From a virus (taxonomy: Duplodnaviria; Caudoviricetes), in IMG/VR virus record IMGVR_UViG_3300032331_000874, positions 46 through 64,045 of that record: a DNA stretch of 64,000 nucleotides. One strand, 5' to 3'. Within the stretch, counting starts at the first letter, position 1; every line of letters starts with the position of its first letter. This document shows, piece by piece, positions 37,901-46,513 of the stretch. The position numbers and the translations under genes were made by a program. The notes below the pieces were generated by a model. The model had not been told where the DNA came from and made no database searches. It worked only from the letters and a program-made list of their open reading frames with translations.

Positions 37901-39573
37901 CTAACGTCTTACGCTTTAAGCGTGATGGCAAAGACGTTTACGCAACCGTCAACAGCGAATCAATTGGTATTCCCTCAGAGCTTTTGGTCAAAGGCATGCA
38001 CGGCGTAACAACCACGATTGGTGGCTTCACCAAAGTTCTGGCTGTGCCTGCAAAATTCTTGCGTGCTATGGTCACGCGAAGCCCAGTCTACGCAGCCCGT
38101 CAGGTTGTTCGCGATTCGATGTCAAACTATTTGCTGGTTGGTGGAGATATGACACCCGTGGCTTCTGCCGCAAAAGAATTGATAAACATGTACAGCGGTA
38201 AAAGTACAGGGGAGAAGGCGCTGCAACAGCGTGGTGTGATTGGTGGGCAGTTGTTGACCGGCACATCAGAAGACATGCAAAACATTCTGCTTCAACTAAC
38301 CAAAGGCGGTTCAGGTTGGGAGATGGCGCTGGCAAAGTTAGACCGCATGCACATGAAGGCAGATGCAGCCGCACGTATCACGCTCTACAACAGCTACCGC
38401 AAGCAGGGTATGTCGGATATGGAAGCAACGCTGGCTACGCTAGAGTCCATGAACTTTAGTAAGCGCGGTGCTAGCGGTTCGCTGTATGCGTTGAACATGA
38501 TGGTGCCATTCCTAAACGCACAGATACAAGGTTTGAACGTACTGTACGAAGCGTTTACAGGCAAGCTGCCTTACGCTGAGAAACTGGCTGTTCAACGCAA
38601 ACTAATTGCGCGGGGCTTGATGATGGCGGCAGGTACTGTAGCCTACGCAGCCATGATGCAGGATGATGACGCATACAAGAACGCTAGCTTGCGTGACCGT
38701 TTGCAAAACTGGTTTATTCGCGTACCCGGTTTTGATGAGCCAGTTAAAGTACCTATTCCGTTTGAAGTTGGTTTGATCTTCAAGGCGTTGCCTGAAGCTG
38801 TTCTGTTGATGAACAAGGACGATGAAGACGCTACTAAAGTATTAGCAGCATTGGGCGGGTTGGCAGCGATGTCTTCTCCTGTGGGCGTTTCTACGGCTGT
38901 GCCACAAGCAGCTAAGCCAGTTGTTGAAGGCGTGATGAACAAGTCGTTCTATAACGGCGCTGAGATTGAATCCCAACGTGAGCAAGAGTTGCTGCCCCAA
39001 GAACGTGTACGTGATAAGACAAGTGGTGTTGCTAAGTTGTTGAGTGGTGCGATTGGCGCTGTAACTGAGACTGCCGGTTACCCAACCAAAGGCATCTCGC
39101 CAATCATGATCGACCATTTAATTAACGGCTACACAGGCGGTACAGGTCTGGCTATTGCACAGATGGTTGGCACATTAGTGCCAGTTGGGGAGCAACCTCC
39201 TGCTGCAACCAAGCGCATGTCTGACTTGCCTATAGTTGGTTCGATGTTCCAGCCAATTGATGCAACAGGGCAGATCACACAGTTCTACGATAAAGCTACA
39301 GAGTACGGGCAGATCAAAGCAACGTACGACAAAATGGTTGCGGAAGGCCGTGATAAAGAAGCGGAAAAGTTTGCCAACGATTACGCCAAAGAAATTACAT
39401 TTGCAGATATTGGCAGCGACTTTAAAGGCGTGATGTCAGACTTTACTGAACTAGAACGCGCCATCAAAGCTGATCGTGAGATGCCTCCTCAAGAGAAGCG
39501 AGAGAAGTTGGATGAGCTTCGTCAGGCGAAGATTGAGTTTGCAAAATCCTTTCACGCCGCTTCGCGCCAATAG
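31981..39573 (+). CDS. Giant internal virion protein (2530 aa), polyvalent type with HExxGH motif and LPD38-like C-terminus
   Basis: VAHEIVGHYG; PFLNAQIQG and RLQNWFI.VPG..KVPIPFEVG motifs; long coiled coils. Confidence 0.75.
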   Translation: MPLNVERALQEGYPLSEIADVLAKETRFNIGKAREEGYNDNDIVDLLSKKRSQAQPQAGFVPAFKSGVEGLKGDIGALGVGANVQGAEEYVKQQREKQAQIYKQPEFSESPVSYLTGLLGQSVPYMLAPAAAGAAAFAAVPAGATALTASIASGLAAGLASATQFTGSNISRQLEAGKAGKDVDVAKAVAAAIPQAALDTFSMRMVPGLGKIFGKAGIEMTEAELEQVAKHGLVSGVADKVRKYGPAVIKTAGAEGLTESAQQVLERAQAGLNLTDEEAKKEYYDNFIGGALLGGTLAIPGHAMERGAARQEAQQKKDERLAKEREAERQKEEAYKQSDEYFVKLDTQFTDLKKQQQDLIAQRGKKPGKDADEDAKTQYNELTNQIKDLNGQLKDVAAEHKAALPRITAIKAEAERQGMTPEEYFLKQMGEKPPEEAKPKEEPTETGMADLVEGKFERVNPLQKQLDQRLQGIRYFDRMKEHAVVARHIAEDPQLAEAFVNGELKIPELNAKDIKTIQKAMPLQLKAIEEERAAEAEKKVGEEKGALFRISENVRAAEDINRRLDSERYALRNIAQDESNPVGINEKLNEIVRLLEAKTKTTVESEVKRAAKPGAVVGRRTAGEGRRTERAPALVLNEETGEYEEQKTPGDAAALRIGPDSELLRMIEQFRVLQQQKGAARDSAELTELAEKIRLAAQPQRNEVIGGPTLEIVSLLEKPGQKSTYIAELDRLSKEQDEAFPAALDAVRAASEYRKNPEAPPLTGTLSAKSGSPEQRIEAESARLDAEERKARGRFTTAVLQEVEANRRANAVPSVTKDEANLIAGRVNNMLQMAAARKFGAPTEAMDVIRDDIAKLVTQYSDVERVKGTPKRVELVGPRKPAATEEVAVEEVKAEPAVEEAAPVVPYNEEPGSFLANFRQFTQTQKEEREEIKKEVKQVTAASKQEGMTAKRALNIVNAHIDAMAAKLETLVNAVRQQRRIAERSGTKSPGYAKVEADINKKLEAFAEDQKKVQQYYETLKRYRGIQDQSADALVKVYNQLDKQRRDVEKRRDALKPNTPQARTALRAYNQQIAEIDKEFEEMRSGFASSGKEIDTAVTAFEKKIQSIQNFQDALADNAAIARQPALQYLKDYIGRNKAVKAALEEATGLRKVFDTLQQQRREFISKVAGAKRTAAAIEAGQGKTAAQRMAEDQAALARQQGLGLPGTKVTRADIKSDIAAAEDTLAEERDRLEKMRDDREDMNTREGIDKQEKSALTRLIKTAEDKTIPNIESEIGSLKQEAKGMTEPAVKEKAKPEGALPAGKQEKAKAKFEEAFEEFLLTKDLSREFDEEGFPIKKVRGPYTKTLSPPQIRTSAAAAAGPVRVATAEQKAKAAERIAKEKPRSEIDTTNTGWERFTKNKTVFRVGKEPATPVDAKEAQAYIDQVTNELPDSINFTYAKDIQSLPEEFIGYMIDQKVDILKDGGKIKGGVTPEGKVFVIGAAHKSMADLELTVAHEIVGHYGIDAMLGPKGMGALVRAVERGEGGVMGLAKRLGVEEGVQQTMLAYDEQIQAAKDRNASAKEIADLEKAKRITVVRELVAYSAERTFTDKAEAKTWMQKANNFIKEIVAALRNRLIKMGFKYLITADTKDIYRLLQESARSIGDKTVGAYQTIDGDMVFRREAMYGNTPTDVKNTVNAVVKGPTTIADRIRSEVTGIGARTMFVDRFAPLQNVADYLKKSSQAMQMMYYARMHDQRMAWTASTVNDGAPTLEVDEKGNRIIKTRGGANLNQIANKLAEVKGYGNAEAVRNLFTTYLAAHRAKNKGINTLNFSGAVTPAELKRVMDLGDSIPQFVEARKMYNEYNNGLINWIAEAGAIDKAVATQLTKDQDYVPFYRAIGDNVVMEVAGSQTITIGNIQNQPYLKELVGGDQKIQDFFTSSLQNTSMLVDMGLRNLATKEAVFSLQEAGLLQQLGTYKGKPTYMANGHGPTQPNVLRFKRDGKDVYATVNSESIGIPSELLVKGMHGVTTTIGGFTKVLAVPAKFLRAMVTRSPVYAARQVVRDSMSNYLLVGGDMTPVASAAKELINMYSGKSTGEKALQQRGVIGGQLLTGTSEDMQNILLQLTKGGSGWEMALAKLDRMHMKADAAARITLYNSYRKQGMSDMEATLATLESMNFSKRGASGSLYALNMMVPFLNAQIQGLNVLYEAFTGKLPYAEKLAVQRKLIARGLMMAAGTVAYAAMMQDDDAYKNASLRDRLQNWFIRVPGFDEPVKVPIPFEVGLIFKALPEAVLLMNKDDEDATKVLAALGGLAAMSSPVGVSTAVPQAAKPVVEGVMNKSFYNGAEIESQREQELLPQERVRDKTSGVAKLLSGAIGAVTETAGYPTKGISPIMIDHLINGYTGGTGLAIAQMVGTLVPVGEQPPAATKRMSDLPIVGSMFQPIDATGQITQFYDKATEYGQIKATYDKMVAEGRDKEAEKFANDYAKEITFADIGSDFKGVMSDFTELERAIKADREMPPQEKREKLDELRQAKIEFAKSFHAASRQ

Positions 39574-39754
39574 TAAAGAGAACACCGAGCTTGCCATCCT
39601 TGATGGCTGGCTCGGCTTTACCCCAAATACGGTTACGTATCCCTTCCTTTAGTCCTTCTTCCCGCGTTTTAGCAACGTCCAGCGTTGGTACAAAAAACCC
39701 ACCATACGAAGGCAGCGCGTCCCACGGATATTTAACTTTCAGCTTCTTGGGCAT
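39464..39754 (-). CDS. Small hypothetical protein; 3' end overlaps the convergent giant gene
   Basis: KYPW...GGFFVPTLD motif; start overlaps primase 3' end. Confidence 0.55.
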   Translation of the reverse strand: MPKKLKVKYPWDALPSYGGFFVPTLDVAKTREEGLKEGIRNRIWGKAEPAIKDGKLGVLFTIGAKRRERILQTQSSPDEAHPTSLASLEEASHDQL

Positions 39755-42662
39755 TTCGCTCAAACATTTCTTTAGGCTGACTAATCTTTACTACGTTCAC
39801 ACGCATAGGTGGTCCGTTGGTTTTGCGTAATAGGTCAAACTTCGGAATGTACTGCACACGATAGATGTTCTCTATGTCACGCTTAAAGTCAGAGAAGCTA
39901 AATCCCATCGCAGCACAATGTGCCTTGAGTTGCTGCTCCTCGATGTAAAAGTCAACAAAGCCCGGCGCTACTTCATGCTCCACACGCCCAGCTACTTTGT
40001 TACGCAGCGTGTTCTTCTCAACCAACGTATCGTCACCAAACCTAGCACCGATAGGGTCAGCAGCAGAAAACACAACGAGGTTGCCGTAGAACGTGGTGGT
40101 GTAGTCTGACAGTACATCCTCAGCAGTCCTGACACTTGCGCGCATTAACTTACGCTGCTCAACTACCATACCCTTCAACGCTTTGATGATGCCTTCAATC
40201 GGTAGGTTAACAATCCCTGCGTAGTTGTCGCCTACAAGAATGGCTCCAGCTACATCAGCAGCGCAACCTGCCAACCAAAAACGCTCATCATCCACGATGT
40301 TGAACTCAACCTTTAACCGTGCTTCAACTTCTTTGTACACACGCTGAATAGTCTCGCGGTTACGAACAGCCCATTGTGCAAACAACGGACCTGCAACTCC
40401 ATAACTGTCTGCGTATGTCTTGATAAGCTCAAGCTCGGCAGGAGTCCAGCGCAGCTTAGTACGTGGGTTATGTTCCAAGACTCGACGTAGTTCGCCCTCA
40501 GAGGAGTGTTTACGTACGCCTGTCATGTAGTCCAGCACCACCGTGTTGGATGCCATCAAAGCTAACCCCATCCAGAATGATGTGTTGATTCGTTCCTTGT
40601 TGGCTCCCGCCTCCATCCTGTCCTTGCCACCACCTTCGCTATAGCTAAAGCAGAAAGCAGGGAACCACTCTAAGTTCGCACGGTTCTTGGTTGTGATCTC
40701 ATCCGAGATCAACGCCAGACTACCTAATAGGCCAGCCCTTTGCAGCATAGCGACATCAGATGTCGCAGCACCTACGCGATAGCGGTTAGGATGCCCCCAG
40801 ATAGACGCTGCCATACGCAACGCGTATGACTTACCTGTGCCTGATTCTCTGTGCCCCAAGTGAAACGTCATACCATCAATGCCAGAGAACGCCATGACGA
40901 TGGAACCAAACCCAACGCATGCACTAGCTAACAACGGATGCAGGTCTTCAGGCTTGTTGTAGGTAGACGATGCCAACAAAAGAAAGCGTTTGCGCCAACC
41001 TTCCAACGTACCCTCGCGTCCTGTGGCATGGAACACATTCTCTAAGCCCGGCATAGGTATCTTGCGAATCGAACCATCAGTACCATAGATCAAGTTATGG
41101 TGAACAAATGACTTATCTTTCTGCCAGCCGTAGTTAGATGGCACACCCATAGCACCACGACCTGAACTGTAGTTCTCAACGCAGCCACGCACATACATCC
41201 ACAACTGCGCGTCGTTACCTGCACCAAAAGCAGCGATGATGTTCTGAGATGCCAATGACTTGGCTAGCTCATCTTTACCAATGACTACTTTCTGTGGAAA
41301 CAAAATATCCACCGCACCTTCAGGACGCAGCGCCACCATGTGAACTGTGTGGTCGCCATCAATCGGCTTTAGTATGTCCATGACAAACAGGTCGTACGGC
41401 AAGATCATCCGTTGCGCGGTAACTTTATTACCCTCTTCATCCGTCGTTGTTTCCTCACGATAGATACCGCCCGTCTTACCATACGAGAAACCACGAGGCG
41501 CTGTCGGGCGAACATACGTAACCTGCGTTGCTTCTTCATGGGGTGCAGTAGGCTGCTTAACAACCTGTATAACCTTTTCCTCGATCTCAACCTGCACCTC
41601 CCTGCCTAACGCTAGCGGGTTAGTTATCTTGCCAAAGTGTTTGCAGCCTGTGCAAATGCCGGGGTTTTCGCTATCAAACTTAGTGCATGGGTACGGACCC
41701 TTGATCTCGCGCAGCTTCTGCGCCATGCGCTCTTTAGTATATGGATGACGCTCAGTAAGAAAGTTTGATGCTTTAACACCGTCTTCGCATTTCGTTGCGA
41801 TTGATAGCCAGCCGCGCCACAGCGGCTCCATGCCATCTTCAGCGGCGTTTTCTAAATAGTGTACGAGTTGGCCGCAGCCTTCCCCCTTCGTTGATTTGTT
41901 AAGTATTGTTTTAAAGAACGTCGATGAGTTCTCAAACAGTTTGAGTGTGGTTGGTGTCGCTGGTAGCGTGGGCTTCTTGCCGGGTATCGCTTCAAAGTCT
42001 TGTACCGGAGGTACGTCTATGAGATTCTCACGGACGATCTTGGCAAAGTCATCAAATAAAAACATCTCTGGCGATGGCTCTTGCAACACAACTACAGGCA
42101 GCGTGATGCCGTACTTTCTGACTCGCTTCCAGTTAGTAGTGCCGGGCACACGCAATACACGCGCAGCGTCAGCAGGTACAGTCATGTCGATCTTCAAGCC
42201 TTCTTGTTTGCACAAGCGCTTAAAGTTTTCAGCCACAGGCTTCCACGTATCTATATCGACGTTAGCTGTCAGAGGCCAGTACACATGGTAGCCACCGCCT
42301 GAGTCAACGACGAGAGGTACGCCTAACTTAGCTAAACCAGTTTTTTCAAGAAACGCATTAAATGCAAACGCACCCGCTTCTTTATCAGCGTATGTCTTGG
42401 GTCCATCTTCTGCGCAATCAATATCAAGGAAGAACGAACGCATAGCTTTAGCGTTATCAGCAGTACGGCTCCCTGAATGTTTGAACGACGCTAACGCAAA
42501 GTATGTGTTCTTTTCATCACGATCAAACTGTGCTGCGTTAGACGCAAGCTCTTCCAACGACTTACCAAAGACGTGTTCTTTCTTGCGCGTATCTAACTCT
42601 ACGACGCAATAAAAATCTTCAGCGAACGGTAGTACCGCCGCTAGAAAATCTAACGGTTCCAT
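39732..42662 (-). CDS. Primase-helicase (AEP/RepB-like primase + DUF927 + P-loop helicase)
   Basis: FFLDID, DSGGGYHVYW, RVLRVPGT; C..F...C..C..H Zn motif; GHRESGTGKS Walker A; ISDEIT Walker B. Confidence 0.88.
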   Translation of the reverse strand: MEPLDFLAAVLPFAEDFYCVVELDTRKKEHVFGKSLEELASNAAQFDRDEKNTYFALASFKHSGSRTADNAKAMRSFFLDIDCAEDGPKTYADKEAGAFAFNAFLEKTGLAKLGVPLVVDSGGGYHVYWPLTANVDIDTWKPVAENFKRLCKQEGLKIDMTVPADAARVLRVPGTTNWKRVRKYGITLPVVVLQEPSPEMFLFDDFAKIVRENLIDVPPVQDFEAIPGKKPTLPATPTTLKLFENSSTFFKTILNKSTKGEGCGQLVHYLENAAEDGMEPLWRGWLSIATKCEDGVKASNFLTERHPYTKERMAQKLREIKGPYPCTKFDSENPGICTGCKHFGKITNPLALGREVQVEIEEKVIQVVKQPTAPHEEATQVTYVRPTAPRGFSYGKTGGIYREETTTDEEGNKVTAQRMILPYDLFVMDILKPIDGDHTVHMVALRPEGAVDILFPQKVVIGKDELAKSLASQNIIAAFGAGNDAQLWMYVRGCVENYSSGRGAMGVPSNYGWQKDKSFVHHNLIYGTDGSIRKIPMPGLENVFHATGREGTLEGWRKRFLLLASSTYNKPEDLHPLLASACVGFGSIVMAFSGIDGMTFHLGHRESGTGKSYALRMAASIWGHPNRYRVGAATSDVAMLQRAGLLGSLALISDEITTKNRANLEWFPAFCFSYSEGGGKDRMEAGANKERINTSFWMGLALMASNTVVLDYMTGVRKHSSEGELRRVLEHNPRTKLRWTPAELELIKTYADSYGVAGPLFAQWAVRNRETIQRVYKEVEARLKVEFNIVDDERFWLAGCAADVAGAILVGDNYAGIVNLPIEGIIKALKGMVVEQRKLMRASVRTAEDVLSDYTTTFYGNLVVFSAADPIGARFGDDTLVEKNTLRNKVAGRVEHEVAPGFVDFYIEEQQLKAHCAAMGFSFSDFKRDIENIYRVQYIPKFDLLRKTNGPPMRVNVVKISQPKEMFERNAQEAES

Positions 42663-42677
42663 TAGCGCTCCCATAAA

Positions 42678-42836
42678 TTAGCGCTCGTTGTATCGTAGTG
42701 CTGGGTTAACTAGGTCTTCAAGTCGTTTGATAATTTCTTCTTGCCACTCAACAGGTAGTTTGCCCTCGGCAAGCAGCATGTCGCCATATCGTACAAGTTC
42801 TTTATCTGTTAATTTGGAAGGCTGAACGCTGAACAT
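42678..42836 (-). CDS. Small hypothetical protein, 52 aa (not in ORF track)
   Basis: GGAG SD; MFSVQPSKLTDKELVRYGDMLLAEGKLPVEWQEEIIKRLEDLVNPALRYNER*. Confidence 0.65.
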   Translation of the reverse strand: MFSVQPSKLTDKELVRYGDMLLAEGKLPVEWQEEIIKRLEDLVNPALRYNER

Positions 42837-43087
42837 ATTCTTCTCCGTGCTTCCTCCAACGAGGGGGAAGTCTGCATTATTGTTAAAAGCGACGAGACAG
42901 CAGCGCGGTAGGGTTGTAGTACTTCTCCACCTGCAAACCAGTTGTATACGGTTTGTCGCGTTGCTCCGGTCGCACCAGCAATCAAAGTAACAGGAACATC
43001 TAAATGAACAGCGTAGCGCCCAAGCTGGTTGCCCAGCGTCTTGGGTGCTTTCATAATCCTGTCAATAACGGTGTGTGAGTAGGGCAT
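42809..43087 (-). CDS. Cro/CI-type HTH DNA-binding protein
   Basis: IAGATGATRQTVYNWFAG helix-turn-helix. Confidence 0.75.
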   Translation of the reverse strand: MPYSHTVIDRIMKAPKTLGNQLGRYAVHLDVPVTLIAGATGATRQTVYNWFAGGEVLQPYRAAVSSLLTIMQTSPSLEEARRRICSAFSLPN

Positions 43088-43350
43088 TAGGATTCTTCAT
43101 TTGGTATGACACGATATTTAAACAAACCTCGCTTAACGTATTCACGTTCTACTGTGTGTCCCCCGAACTTGCGCTTGCGAAAGTCACGCAGTCGCGCACT
43201 CACGCTTGCTTCAGGACAGTAAACTTTTTCTGAGATTTGTTGCAGAGTTCTCCAACGTCCATCACGCATCAATTTCCAGACGTTGTAGAGTTGTGTAGTA
43301 AGGCGGTCTTTGTCACGCGCTGGGTCGTAGGTTTTTCCATCAAAAGACAT
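43087..43350 (-). CDS. Winged-HTH protein; start revised to MSFDGKTY
   Basis: WRTLQQISEKVYCPEASVSARLRDFRK; CAGGAG SD before ATG at 43350. Confidence 0.7.
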   Translation of the reverse strand: MSFDGKTYDPARDKDRLTTQLYNVWKLMRDGRWRTLQQISEKVYCPEASVSARLRDFRKRKFGGHTVEREYVKRGLFKYRVIPNEES

Positions 43351-43365
43351 CAACGATCTCCTGTA

Positions 43366-43566
43366 AAAGTGCGGGGTCACCAGTCTAGGTGAACCAACGA
43401 AAGGGGTAACTGGCCCCCGCTGCCGGTGTTATTAACGCCACCTCCGGCTGGGCTATTGGGTGGGGTACTCGCTGCGTCTGTGATGTTTTTCAGTCGGGCC
43501 TACTTGTCCGTATTCTTTCAACGGTGAGCCGATAGCTGTTACTCGCCAGCATTCGCTTTCCCCCCT
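43366..43566 (-). ncRNA. Structured intergenic RNA (three stem-loop domains)
   Basis: GGGG..GAA / AGUA..CCCC closing helix with nested UCGG/CCGA and CCGU/ACGG; GCCGG/CCGGC hairpin; GCGGGG-CCAGU / ACUGG-CCCCGC hairpin. Confidence 0.55.
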
Positions 43567-43570
43567 AACT

Positions 43571-44500
43571 TTAGTCGTCTGTGTCGTCCCAAGCATCGAC
43601 CAGTTTGTTCAGGTCGGAGCCGCCTTTAGGAACATTCTTACCAACGACTGCTTCCTTGCGTACTGCTGGCTCGTCGCCATCATCTTCCTCAACCTTTGGC
43701 TTGGCTGTCTTTGCTGCTTTGACTGCCTTCGGTGCAGTACCTGCCACCTCAGACTGCGAGACAACCTTAGTATCGGTTTGCGATACTGTCATCGTGATGG
43801 CGTTCGTTGCCTCACGAGTCTGGCCTTTCTCAATAGCCACAGCGTACTCGTCGTCGTTCAACCAACGCTTCGCTTCAAAGAACAGCTTAGGTACAGGAGC
43901 CTTCGTATCAAAGCGCAGACGTGTAACAACTGCATCAGGACCTGCGCCCATCGCAGTCATGTAACGAGCGTACGCTTGCAGCGGACGGTTCTTGCCTTCT
44001 TCCTTACCAAAGATAGACTGAGCAGGTAACGCTAACTGCATAACGTCACCGTCCATATCATTCTCTAGCACCACAGCAAGACGCTGGCTGTAACGGCATG
44101 CGCGGCTAGTGCCATCACCTGAACCCGCGATGTTCTGTGGGCAGGTAGCACACGTTGTGCTTTGTGGGTTCTCGGCCTTAGTATCAGGACGTTCGCCATC
44201 AGCAGACCAGCAAGCTGGGGCAGACGTATTACCTTCTTCGTACTTGCCCATGTAGAACGTGCGCGACACCTTGGGTGCAGCGTTGACAATAACTACATCG
44301 AGGTAGCGCTCATCGATGGCAGCGACTTCTTCGCCGTTGGAGATCAGACGGAATACACCGCCCTTGATGGAGATACGCTTGCCACCACCTGCGCTGTTAC
44401 CAGCCAAGGCTTTAGCAACTGCGGAAAGCTCACCGCGTTTAACAAAGGAAGGGACGGAAGAGGGATTAAATTCAACGATATTTGACATAGGTTTACTCAT
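43571..44500 (-). CDS. Putative single-stranded DNA-binding protein
   Basis: RISIKGGVFR, CWSADG.RP, CATCPQN..GS, RAC motifs; acidic C-terminus WDDTDD. Confidence 0.7.
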   Translation of the reverse strand: MSKPMSNIVEFNPSSVPSFVKRGELSAVAKALAGNSAGGGKRISIKGGVFRLISNGEEVAAIDERYLDVVIVNAAPKVSRTFYMGKYEEGNTSAPACWSADGERPDTKAENPQSTTCATCPQNIAGSGDGTSRACRYSQRLAVVLENDMDGDVMQLALPAQSIFGKEEGKNRPLQAYARYMTAMGAGPDAVVTRLRFDTKAPVPKLFFEAKRWLNDDEYAVAIEKGQTREATNAITMTVSQTDTKVVSQSEVAGTAPKAVKAAKTAKPKVEEDDGDEPAVRKEAVVGKNVPKGGSDLNKLVDAWDDTDD

Positions 44501-44901
44501 TTAGTTGGTTTACGAACACTGATCTGATACACCGTATCAGAGTTAAGCCCCGGCGGAACTAACGTCGGGTTTTCTTCAAGGAACTGCGCCATATTGCGCT
44601 GGGCAATGCGACGCTCCAGAAGGTCTACGGCGTCGTTCTGGATGATGAAGTCCTTGAACGACCCCCAATCTTGGGTGGTATAGCGGGTTTTAGTACCGAG
44701 CATGACTGTGCCAGCGTCAGTCTTCATCGACTTCGTGCCAAGCGCCATCATCTGTGTCTTCATGGCGTTCTCGATCTCGTCTTCTTGCTTGTCGAGTTCA
44801 GCCAGTTCTGCTTCGTACTGCGTGGTTAGCTCTGCCTTTGCGTTCCTGATTCGCAGGTAGACCTTGGCGAGCTTGTCCATAGGGACGATCTCTGTATTCA
44901 T
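44497..44901 (-). CDS. Conserved replication-module protein (Gp157/Gam-like coiled coil)
   Basis: Coiled coil, then KTDAGTV, DW..F..FI, LLERRI, PPGL. Confidence 0.65.
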   Translation of the reverse strand: MNTEIVPMDKLAKVYLRIRNAKAELTTQYEAELAELDKQEDEIENAMKTQMMALGTKSMKTDAGTVMLGTKTRYTTQDWGSFKDFIIQNDAVDLLERRIAQRNMAQFLEENPTLVPPGLNSDTVYQISVRKPTK

Positions 44902-44953
44902 TATTTACTCCTGTGGTTGGGTACTTCTGTCAAACATTTTACAACCGGCTTTT

Positions 44954-46513
44954 TTAAGATGCAAGCTCTTCTTCGTACAACTTCACTAGCACGGCGTGGT
45001 CATCGACCCGCCCTGCTAGCTTTTTAAACATCTTTTTCTCCAACTCGCTGCCCTCGATGTGGACAACGGTTACCTTGTCTGAGTTCTGGCCTACGCGGTC
45101 AGTACGCGCACAGCATTGCAGGTACGTCTCAACAGACATGACCGGACCCCAAAACACCACCGTGTCAGCGGCTGTCAGCGTGACTCCGTGCGATGCCGAC
45201 TGTGGCTGAATGACCAGTACACGCGGCGACTGCGTAGTCTGGAACTGCTTGAAGATAGCTGTGCGTTTGGCTGGGGTTACGTCGCCATGTATCTGCGCAC
45301 ACTCAATGTTGTTCTTTAATAAAAACTCTGAGATGGTGTCGATGCTGTGGCGGTAAGGCGCAAACACCAAGACCTTGCGGCTTGTCTCTTCTAGCACCTC
45401 AAGCAGTACGTTCAAGCGTGGGGAGCAGTCAAAGGTAATGACTTCTTGGTTGTCGGTGTACGCTGCCCCTGCGCTGATCTGTAGGAGCTTGTTGACCCCA
45501 GCCGCAGCGTTGACTGCGGTGATTGTTTCACCAGCGGCTTGCATCACCATGCGGTCTTTTAACAGCTTGTAGTACTTAGCTTGCTGTGCAGTCAGCGGGA
45601 CTTCACGCGTGACAGTAATAACTGGCGGCAGGTCAAGGCACTGCTCTTTCGTAAACCTGATCGCTGGTTGCAAGGCATCATGCACATCGCCCCCTGACGT
45701 GGGCTTGGGCATCCACTTAAAGCGGGTAGCTTGGTACATCACCTTGTCGCGCCAGCCTGTATAGAACTTAGGCACAGCGTCAGGGTTAACCAACTTAGCT
45801 AGGCCATACGCATCTAACGGCGACTGCGCTGCTGGCGTTCCTGTCATCATCCACAGGTGCGTGTTGGGCTTTAGTATCTTTAGCAGCGATTTGAATCGCT
45901 TGGTTCCTACGTTTTTGTATGCGTTGGCTTCATCGACAATCACCAGATCGAACTTGCCATCTTTGACTAACTCGTCAGCAATCAGATTCAAACCATCGTA
46001 GTTAGTAATAACAAAGTCATAGCCGCCTCTGACCATCTCCAGCCTACGTGCGGCTTGCGAGTGGTGGGCTACGATACAACTGCGGTGAATGATGCTGTTG
46101 TTTAAATCCTGCATCCACGCCGAGGTCATGATCGACAGAGGACACAACACCAAGCAACGGCGCACTTCACCGATTTTCATCAGGTAGTCAGCCGCCCACA
46201 GCGCCGACAAAGTTTTACCTGTGCCGGGTTCTGAGAACACAAAGCTGCGACGATTGAGCGTGAGAAAGGAAGCCGTTTCACGTTGATGCGCGAACGGCTT
46301 GAACCTGCCCGGCCAATCGTACTTACCCTCGATAGGCGAGACAACTTTCTTTACACCCAGATTGCGAAGCACTCGCGCTTCGTCCAAACCAAAATGTACT
46401 GCTACTTCGTATATACCGTTATCGTGACTGACTATCTTATGTTTCGGAATGATTGAATATTTTTCTGGATTACGTGTTCTCAAAAGATATAACTTGTTGT
46501 CAATGATCTGCAT
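44954..46513 (-). CDS. SNF2-family (SF2) DNA helicase
   Basis: EPGTGKT, VIVDEA, MTGTP, HGVTLTAA, ARTDRVGQ. Confidence 0.9.
   Translation of the reverse strand: MQIIDNKLYLLRTRNPEKYSIIPKHKIVSHDNGIYEVAVHFGLDEARVLRNLGVKKVVSPIEGKYDWPGRFKPFAHQRETASFLTLNRRSFVFSEPGTGKTLSALWAADYLMKIGEVRRCLVLCPLSIMTSAWMQDLNNSIIHRSCIVAHHSQAARRLEMVRGGYDFVITNYDGLNLIADELVKDGKFDLVIVDEANAYKNVGTKRFKSLLKILKPNTHLWMMTGTPAAQSPLDAYGLAKLVNPDAVPKFYTGWRDKVMYQATRFKWMPKPTSGGDVHDALQPAIRFTKEQCLDLPPVITVTREVPLTAQQAKYYKLLKDRMVMQAAGETITAVNAAAGVNKLLQISAGAAYTDNQEVITFDCSPRLNVLLEVLEETSRKVLVFAPYRHSIDTISEFLLKNNIECAQIHGDVTPAKRTAIFKQFQTTQSPRVLVIQPQSASHGVTLTAADTVVFWGPVMSVETYLQCCARTDRVGQNSDKVTVVHIEGSELEKKMFKKLAGRVDDHAVLVKLYEEELAS

Noticed and set aside
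31981-39573. N4-like virion RNA polymerase
   Set aside because: No recognisable single-subunit RNAP motifs; the C-terminus looks LPD38-like
43366-43566. tRNA or tmRNA in the intergenic gap
   Set aside because: No cloverleaf, no T-loop GTTCRA in a proper arm, no CCA acceptor arrangement
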